64,000 nucleotides of DNA from Candidatus Eiseniibacteriota bacterium. GTDB taxonomy: Bacteria; Eisenbacteria; RBG-16-71-46; CAVPCR01. Position numbers and translations under genes: made by a program. Positions within the stretch are counted from its first letter, which is position 1. Each line of letters starts with the position of its first letter. The notes under the pieces are model-generated. The model saw nothing but the letters and a program-made list of their open reading frames with translations. It had not been told where the DNA came from and did not search any database. Of this stretch, positions 58,067 through 64,000 are shown piece after piece. The stretch lies in the NCBI GenBank assembly GCA_963823555.1, contig CAWGMA010000001.1:1920001-1984000 (forward strand). Direction: 5' to 3'.

Positions 58067-58513
58067 CTAGGCCATCTTCTCCACCCAGACCTTGATCTCA
58101 CCGATCACGCCCGCACCGAGCCGGACGCCGACAGTGTAGACGCCGGTCTGCTTGATCGGCTCCTCGAGCTCGATCGCCTTGCGGTCGATGGCATGACCCT
58201 TCTCGGTCAGCGCGAGCGAGATCTCGCTCGATGTCACCGAACCGAAGAGCTTGCCTTCTTCTCCCGCCTGGGCGTGGATATGGACTTCGACGCCGCGCAG
58301 CGTGGCCAGCAGGGCCTCGGCGGTACGGCGATCCTTGAGCTCCCGCCGCTCACGGGTACGAATAGCCTCGCGGAAGATGGCCTCGCCAGCTCCGCTCGCG
58401 TTGACCGCCAGGCCACGAGGAATGAGGAAATTGCGCGCATAGCCATTGGCCACTCGAACGCGATGTCCGCGCTCGCCCAGGCCTTCGACATTCTCGAGCA
58501 GGATGATCTCCAT
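58067..58513 (-). CDS. rplI: 50S ribosomal protein L9
   Basis: MEIILLENVEGLG, GYARNFLIP and GKLFGSVT motifs. Confidence 0.97.
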   Translation of the reverse strand: MEIILLENVEGLGERGHRVRVANGYARNFLIPRGLAVNASGAGEAIFREAIRTRERRELKDRRTAEALLATLRGVEVHIHAQAGEEGKLFGSVTSSEISLALTEKGHAIDRKAIELEEPIKQTGVYTVGVRLGAGVIGEIKVWVEKMA

Positions 58514-58514
58514 G

Positions 58515-59363
58515 TCATGACCCTCCACCACCGGACCCGTTGCCTTCTTCGCGAGGCGCGAGCAACCGGCGAAAGTCGAACCACTGATCGAGCAACCCAA
58601 TCACGATGACGGCCAAGGTGATCGGTGCCATGACCAGGGCAAGAACCGCAAGGATGAGTAGCATGAGCCCGGGCATCGCCCGCAGCGTCAGCAGTTTCCA
58701 GCCCACAGCCAGTCCTTGCACGAAAAACGCCGCCCCATGCACCATGGCCAGATTCGCCCCTGCCAGGAGGAGCCCGTCGAGCCTCAGACCGCGGCCAACG
58801 GCGCACATGAGGAGTGCGACCGCAAAACTCCATACGACCCAGAACGGCAGCACCAGGCTTCCCATCGGCCCGAGACGTTGGACCTCGAAACCGAATCGGG
58901 GTAGCCACCGCATCGCCACCGCGTAGGCCACGAGGACGAGGAGAAACGAGACCAAGGCGGCACTCGCCGGCACCAGTCCGAGCAGCCAATGCGCCATATC
59001 CGCCCGGAGTTCCGGCGTGAGGGCGGCACCGGCTTCGCGCTCGACCCACGTGGCGAGTTCCGCTTCCAGCACCGGTCGTTCGATCGTGAGCGCACTCGCC
59101 GCGAAGACCGCAGCCAGCGGCAGCGCTGCGAACAGGAGAGCCCACCCGGTGGGAAGGCGTCCGCGCGCCCCGAAGGCGAGCGCCACCCCGGCCGCGGCCA
59201 CGGCGCCCGCGGCCGCGGCCGCATCCCAATCCGCGCCCCCGGTCACGGCAAGCACCGCCACCACCAACAGACCGATCACAAGACCGGCTGAAAGCGAACG
59301 CAAGGTCGCCGCCATGACCAGCACGACGACCAGAACGATCGCCGGGATGAGCACTACGCCCAT
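58515..59363 (-). CDS. DUF2232 / YybS family membrane protein
   Basis: Hydrophobic; FFVQGLAV and IGLLDQWFDFR motifs; lies between rpsR and rplI. Confidence 0.82.
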   Translation of the reverse strand: MGVVLIPAIVLVVVLVMAATLRSLSAGLVIGLLVVAVLAVTGGADWDAAAAAGAVAAAGVALAFGARGRLPTGWALLFAALPLAAVFAASALTIERPVLEAELATWVEREAGAALTPELRADMAHWLLGLVPASAALVSFLLVLVAYAVAMRWLPRFGFEVQRLGPMGSLVLPFWVVWSFAVALLMCAVGRGLRLDGLLLAGANLAMVHGAAFFVQGLAVGWKLLTLRAMPGLMLLILAVLALVMAPITLAVIVIGLLDQWFDFRRLLAPREEGNGSGGGGS

Positions 59364-59447
59364 GCCCTCTCCACCGCTTGAGTCCGGCCCGGCGTCAGCT
59401 GCTTGGCTCGCACGCCATGGCCCGACCCCGCCTCAAGACACCTCGCC

Positions 59448-59693
59448 CTAGCGAACTTGGTCGGCGGTGAAGGGCAAGAGCGCGAGAACTCGCGCCCGCT
59501 TCACCGCCAACGTGATCTGCTTCTGATGTCGAGCGCAGGTCCCAGAAATGCGGCGCGGCACGATCTTTCCGCGATCCGTGATGAACCGCCCCAACCGGCG
59601 ATCATCCTTGTAATCGATGCGATCGACCTTCTCAACGCAGAGCTTGCAGACCTTCTTCTTGATCTGCTTGGGTTCTTTGCTCCTTATCGCCAT
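59448..59693 (-). CDS. rpsR: 30S ribosomal protein S18 (zinc-binding form)
   Basis: [13 protein letters not shown] and [17 protein letters not shown] motifs. Confidence 0.97.
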   Translation of the reverse strand: MAIRSKEPKQIKKKVCKLCVEKVDRIDYKDDRRLGRFITDRGKIVPRRISGTCARHQKQITLAVKRARVLALLPFTADQVR

Positions 59694-59730
59694 TTTCCTA
59701 CCTTCTCTAGTTGATGCTTGGACGCCGGGA

Positions 59731-60369
59731 CTAGGATTCGCTGCTCGTCTTCTCTTCGCCCGGTGCCGACGCCGCGCTCGCCGAATCCGGAGCCGCCTCG
59801 CTGGCAGGAGCCGCCTCCTTGCCGGAAGGGGCCATCTCGCCGGCCGGATGCGGGACCACCTCGGGGGCCGGGGCCGCGGACTTCTCGACGGCAGGGCGCA
59901 CCTCCGTGGCCGGGGCCGCGGACTTCTCGACGGCAGGGCGCACCTCCGTGCTACGCGGGCCTTCGGCGGCACCGCGATCGCCGAAGCGATCCCGACCGTG
60001 GCCTCGGCCCTCGCGCCGGTCGCCATAGCTATCGCCACGGCGGTCGTGATGACTGAATCCCTCGCTCGAAGGCGGGGCGGACGGGCCCATGCTGTGCACG
60101 GTCTGATAGCGAAGCAGGGATTCGCTCAGGCTGAATCGCCGCTTGAGCTCGGCCAGCACTTCGCGCTCCGACTTGAAGCGGATGAGCGAGTAGTTGCCCT
60201 CGCGCTTCTTGCGCACCTCGTATGCCATGCGTCGCCGGCCCCAGCGCTGGACCTCGATCACCTCGCCGCCACCTTGATTGATGACGCTGCTCACCGCCTC
60301 GATCTCTTGCTCCACCCGCGCGTCATCGAGCGCCGGGTCGAGCACGATCACGGTCTCGTACTCCCTCAC
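59731..60369 (-). CDS. rpsF: 30S ribosomal protein S6 with long C-terminal extension
   Basis: [11 protein letters not shown] and [10 protein letters not shown] motifs; low-complexity tail of about 115 aa. Confidence 0.95.
   Translation of the reverse strand: MREYETVIVLDPALDDARVEQEIEAVSSVINQGGGEVIEVQRWGRRRMAYEVRKKREGNYSLIRFKSEREVLAELKRRFSLSESLLRYQTVHSMGPSAPPSSEGFSHHDRRGDSYGDRREGRGHGRDRFGDRGAAEGPRSTEVRPAVEKSAAPATEVRPAVEKSAAPAPEVVPHPAGEMAPSGKEAAPASEAAPDSASAASAPGEEKTSSES
59866..59949 (-). repeat. Perfect 2 x 42 bp tandem duplication in the rpsF tail ([14 protein letters not shown])
   Basis: 59866-59907 is identical to 59908-59949. Confidence 0.9.
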
Positions 60370-61025
60370 TGCTTACCTCCTCTCAAGTCCTCAGCTCCAC
60401 CACCCTCGCGGGTGGCGTCACTCGATCGGCTGGCACCGGTCAACGGAATCTCGTCGTCGGCCTCCGGTGCATTGAAACGGTTCATCGCCACGTCGATCCC
60501 CTGGCTGAGCACGGTATCGATGACCCTCATGGCCTGGTCGATGGCGGGGCCGACCTGTTCCTCCTCCCCGCTGGTGAAATCCTCGAGCACCCAGTCCTTC
60601 ATGTCGCGGCCCTCCGGTGGACCGCCCACGCCAAAGCGGAGCCGCGCGAAGGCAGTGTGGCCGAGAGCATCGATGATGGATCGGAGCCCGTTGTGTCCCC
60701 CATCTCCACCCTGCTTGCGCAGGCGCAGGCGCGCGAGCGGCAGGTAGACGTCGTCGACGACCACGAGCAGCTCATCCGGCTGGACCCGCTCCCGCCGCAT
60801 GAGATCGACCACGACGTCGCCCGAGCAATTCATGAACTCGACCGGGCGGGCGAGGAGCAGAGGCCGGCCGCGACGCCGACCGCGTGCCACCTCGGCTCCG
60901 GCCGTCGTCACGAAACGCTCGAGCCCCGCCAGCTCGCGGTACGCCGCCGCCACGCGGAATCCGATGTTGTGGCGGTTCCTGGCATAGGACGCCCCGGGAT
61001 TGCCCAGGCCCACGACGACCAGCAC
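60366..61025 (-). CDS. pth: Peptidyl-tRNA hydrolase
   Basis: VGLGNPG, RHNIGF, FMNCSG and GGHNGLRS motifs. Confidence 0.96.
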   Translation of the reverse strand: MLVVVGLGNPGASYARNRHNIGFRVAAAYRELAGLERFVTTAGAEVARGRRRGRPLLLARPVEFMNCSGDVVVDLMRRERVQPDELLVVVDDVYLPLARLRLRKQGGDGGHNGLRSIIDALGHTAFARLRFGVGGPPEGRDMKDWVLEDFTSGEEEQVGPAIDQAMRVIDTVLSQGIDVAMNRFNAPEADDEIPLTGASRSSDATREGGGAEDLRGGKQ

Positions 61026-61028
61026 TGG

Positions 61029-61703
61029 TTAGTCCTTGCCCTCGGTGCCCTTGCCCTCATCCTTGGCCTCGGTGCCCTCGGCAGGAGCGCCCTCGGCCAG
61101 GGCAGCCGCCTCGGCTGCCACTTCGGCCTCGGTCTTCATGACCCGCGGCGCGCTCACCGTGACCACGACCATCTCCGGCTCGCTCAGCAGATCGAATCGC
61201 TCCATATCAAGGGGCAGATCCCGGACATGAATCGCGTCCCCGATACTGAGGCTCGAGATGTCGACCGTGATGTGATCGGGGATGTCGCCAGGCAGGCACT
61301 TGATCTCGAGGTGCCGCAGCGGATACTCGAGAACACCGCCCTCCTTGACTCCGGGAGCTGTGCCCTGGATGTGCATTGGCACCTGGACGTGGACCTTCTC
61401 CTTGAGCGAGACGCGCTGCAGATCGATGTGGATCACACGCCCTGTGATCGGCTGCCGCTGGAGCTCGCGGATCACCGTCAGCCGGCTTTCGCTCTCGTCG
61501 CCGGCGACCTTCAGGTCGATGATCACGGTCCCGGTGCGGTGGCGGAGGAGGGCACTGAGCTCCGAAGCCGGAATCGCCACGGTCTCCGGGGTGAACCCGT
61601 GCCCGTAGATGATGCCGGGAACCTGGCCCGTCGCTCGCAGGCGACGGGAAGGCCCCTTGCGGCCCACCTCTCTCCGCGACGCATTGAGTGTGATGGTCGC
61701 CAT
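61029..61703 (-). CDS. rplY: 50S ribosomal protein L25 / Ctc (long form)
   Basis: RRLRATGQVPGIIYG, IHIDL and GVKEGG motifs. Confidence 0.95.
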   Translation of the reverse strand: MATITLNASRREVGRKGPSRRLRATGQVPGIIYGHGFTPETVAIPASELSALLRHRTGTVIIDLKVAGDESESRLTVIRELQRQPITGRVIHIDLQRVSLKEKVHVQVPMHIQGTAPGVKEGGVLEYPLRHLEIKCLPGDIPDHITVDISSLSIGDAIHVRDLPLDMERFDLLSEPEMVVVTVSAPRVMKTEAEVAAEAAALAEGAPAEGTEAKDEGKGTEGKD

Positions 61704-61762
61704 GGTCGTTTACCTCTCCTTGCTGGTCTCGAAACAGCTTTCGTCTGGGAGCAAACCGGGTC

Positions 61763-62689
61763 CTAGACGAAAAGCGAGCTGAGCGAGCGCTCCTCGTGGA
61801 TGCGGCGGATGGCCTCACCGAGGAGCGTTGCCACTGACAGCACGGTGAACTTATGGCCCAGGTCTCCGTGCGGAATCGTATCCGTAACGATGACTTCCTT
61901 GATCGGCGATGCGTTCAATCGATCGAGAGCGTCCGCTGACAGCACGGCGTGGGTCGCGCAGGAATAGACGGACCGCGCGCCAAGACGCAGGACGGCTTCC
62001 GCCGCCTCGCAGATCGTGGTCGCCGTGGAGATCATGTCATCGAGAATGAGAATCGTCTTGCCCTCAGGATCCCCGATCACGTGGATCACCTCGGCAATGT
62101 CGGGACGCGGACGCCGCTTGTCGACCACGGCCAGATCGGCGCCAAGACGCTTGGCGAACGCGCGGCCGAGCTTGGCGCTGCCGATGTCCGGCGAGAGGAT
62201 GCAGAGATCCTTCCAGTTGCGCGACTTCACGTGCTCCAGGATGACCGGCGCCGCGAACAGGTGATCGAACGGAATGTCGAAGAACCCCTGAATCTGTGCC
62301 GAGTGCAGGTCCATGGTCAGGACGCGATCGGCTCCCGCGGCCGAGATCATGTTGGCCACGAGCTTGGCCGTGATCGCCACTCGCGGCTGGTCCTTGCGGT
62401 CCTGCCGGGCGTAACCGAAGTACGGAATCACCGCCGTGATCCGCCGCGCCGAGGCCCGCCGGGCCGCATCCAGCATGATGAGGAGCTCGAGAATGTGATC
62501 CGCCGGCGGAAAGGTCGGCTGGAAGACGAAGACATCGTTTCCACGGATGTTGGCGTTGATCTTGACCGAGATCTCGCCGTCGCGAAACCGACTGACCTCG
62601 GCATCACCCAGTTCGATGCCCAGATACGAGCAGGTCCTCCTGGCCAGAGACTGGTTCGCTGTCCCCGAGAAAACCATCAACCGATCCAC
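61763..62689 (-). CDS. prs: Ribose-phosphate pyrophosphokinase
   Basis: PYFGYARQDRK, DLHSAQIQGFF, SPDIG and DDMISTA motifs. Confidence 0.97.
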   Translation of the reverse strand: MDRLMVFSGTANQSLARRTCSYLGIELGDAEVSRFRDGEISVKINANIRGNDVFVFQPTFPPADHILELLIMLDAARRASARRITAVIPYFGYARQDRKDQPRVAITAKLVANMISAAGADRVLTMDLHSAQIQGFFDIPFDHLFAAPVILEHVKSRNWKDLCILSPDIGSAKLGRAFAKRLGADLAVVDKRRPRPDIAEVIHVIGDPEGKTILILDDMISTATTICEAAEAVLRLGARSVYSCATHAVLSADALDRLNASPIKEVIVTDTIPHGDLGHKFTVLSVATLLGEAIRRIHEERSLSSLFV

Positions 62690-62953
62690 CTTAGAGACTC
62701 CCCCCTCCGCCAGAGGCGGATTGGACCTCCCATTCCCAACGGCTCAACCCGGCCCGGCCAGCCACCCGAGAAGCAAAAGCAAAGAGCCCGGCGAACGAGA
62801 CCCATGTGGACAGGCCCTCCTCGAGGGCCTGCCTCCTCGGAACCCCATCGCGGGCGAGGAGGATGGTTTCGCGGGCTCGTAGCGCTCTCGGTGTTCTGTG
62901 TCGAGCAAACCGGACGACTAAGTCTTGGCGATTTCTCCTGTTCCCGCCCGAGC

Positions 62954-63027
62954 TGGCTGGGGCGGGAGGATTCGAACCTCCGGTGCGGGATCCAAAGTCC
63001 CGAGCCTTACCACTTGGCCACGCCCCA
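62954..63027 (-). tRNA. tRNA-Gln (TTG)
   Basis: TGGGGCGTGGCCAAGTGGTAAGGC-TCGGGA-CTTTGGA-TCCCG-CACCGGAGGTTCGAATCCTCCCGCCCCAGCCA; cloverleaf with encoded CCA. Confidence 0.96.
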
Positions 63028-63056
63028 GCACATCGGCGCCTCCGGGCCGGCGAGCG

Positions 63057-63356
63057 TCAGGCTTGGCTCCCGTGGCGTGCCGCCTCTCGCTCGAACTCGG
63101 CGAGGACGATGTCCTCCATTTCCCGGCGCGTCTCGATGTTGATGGGATGGGCGATGTCCTGAAACTGACCGTCCGGCCGGCGCCGGCTCGGCATCGCCAC
63201 AAAGACCCCGTTCGTACCCTGGATGATCTTGAGCCCGCGGATGACGAATGCGTTGTTCAAGGTCATCGTCGCGAAGGCCTTCAACCGGTCGTGCTTCGTG
63301 TCTTCACAGAGCGTGACCCGGACCTCCGTGATCACGAGCTTGGCATCCGTCGCCAT
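63057..63356 (-). CDS. spoVG: SpoVG family protein
   Basis: ITEVRV, LKAFATMTLNNAFVIRGLKII, FVAMPSR and DIAHPIN motifs. Confidence 0.93.
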   Translation of the reverse strand: MATDAKLVITEVRVTLCEDTKHDRLKAFATMTLNNAFVIRGLKIIQGTNGVFVAMPSRRRPDGQFQDIAHPINIETRREMEDIVLAEFEREAARHGSQA

Positions 63357-63394
63357 CCGCTATCACCCTCCATGCGATATGCGATGGCCTCTGG

Positions 63395-64000
63395 CTACCG
63401 GAGGCCCGATGCTGCCCCGACCATTCCGCTCGCGGGGAGAATCTGGCAGCCTGAGCGGAACGGACGACACACGTGGACAGGGTGATCCCGGCGATTCAGA
63501 GCATCGGCGAGCCGACGCGCTTCCGCTTCGCTCACGACCAAGGCGTAAGCCGCGGAGCCGCTTCCGCTCATGCGCGCTCCGATGATGTCGCCGGTTCTGA
63601 GTTCCTCGAGAACCCCCGCCACCACCCCATAGCGCCGAGCCACAACCTCCTCGAGGTCGTTGACCAGACCGCGCGCGATCCGGGAGCAACTTCGCTCACG
63701 AATCGCGAACTCGAGGATGCTAGACGAGGCGCCCTGCGCTGTCAACTCCTCCTCCGCCCTAGCCTCGTATGCCCATTGCGTTTCCACCGCCACCCCGGGA
63801 GCGACGAGGACGATCCAGAGGGGTGGGAGCGGGGGCAGGCGACGCAGCTCCTCCCCCCGCCCCGTGGCGAGGCAGGTGCCGCCAACCAGGAAGAAGGGGA
63901 CATCGGAGCCGAGCTGGGCCGCCAGCTGCCCGATCTCGCTCGAGCCCAGGGGGCAGCCCATGAGGTGGTTGAGGCCGGCGAGAACCGCTGCGGCATCGGC
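63395..64000 (-). CDS. ispE: 4-diphosphocytidyl-2C-methyl-D-erythritol kinase (5'-truncated by window edge)
   Basis: [16 protein letters not shown] and MSGSGS motifs. Confidence 0.93.
   Translation of the reverse strand, partial: ADAAAVLAGLNHLMGCPLGSSEIGQLAAQLGSDVPFFLVGGTCLATGRGEELRRLPPLPPLWIVLVAPGVAVETQWAYEARAEEELTAQGASSSILEFAIRERSCSRIARGLVNDLEEVVARRYGVVAGVLEELRTGDIIGARMSGSGSAAYALVVSEAEARRLADALNRRDHPVHVCRPFRSGCQILPASGMVGAASGLR

Overview
A high-GC (about 70% by eye), gene-dense, mostly housekeeping region of a diderm, LPS-making bacterium. The FlgD-Ig/T9SS-like C-terminal domain, spoVG and split hldE suggest an FCB-related candidate lineage, which is inference only. In order it holds: cydAB; a small surface-glycan cluster (AsnB-like, GT4, ATP-grasp/LMW-PTP fusion, O-antigen ligase-like); yceD-rpmF-fabD-fabG-acpP-fabF-rnc without plsX/fabH; an arcE/cpgS-like gene with sucCD-ndk; rfaE1/E2; radC; an M6-like pseudo-protease next to a peptidase/PD40/beta-barrel protein; a promoter-to-terminator structured RNA ahead of a small wHTH-like gene; era-ftsY; smc; a repeat-rich SPOR protein; selA; livKHMGF; an amidase; and the ispE-spoVG-tRNA-Gln-prs-rplY-pth-rpsF-rpsR-rplI block. 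The best candidate for a novel system is a coupled three-gene operon at 51578-54059: a membrane rhodanese, a MauE/DoxX protein and an exported selenoprotein whose N-terminus the ORF track misses. The selenoprotein has an in-frame TGA in a C-G-U motif, a SECIS-like hairpin, a metal-ligand-depleted UshA-like domain and four CxxCH hemes, and selA lies about 8 kb from the operon. Eight single-base frameshifts cluster in sucC, the arcE-like gene and smc, and look like assembly errors. No CRISPR array, rRNA or mobile element was seen.
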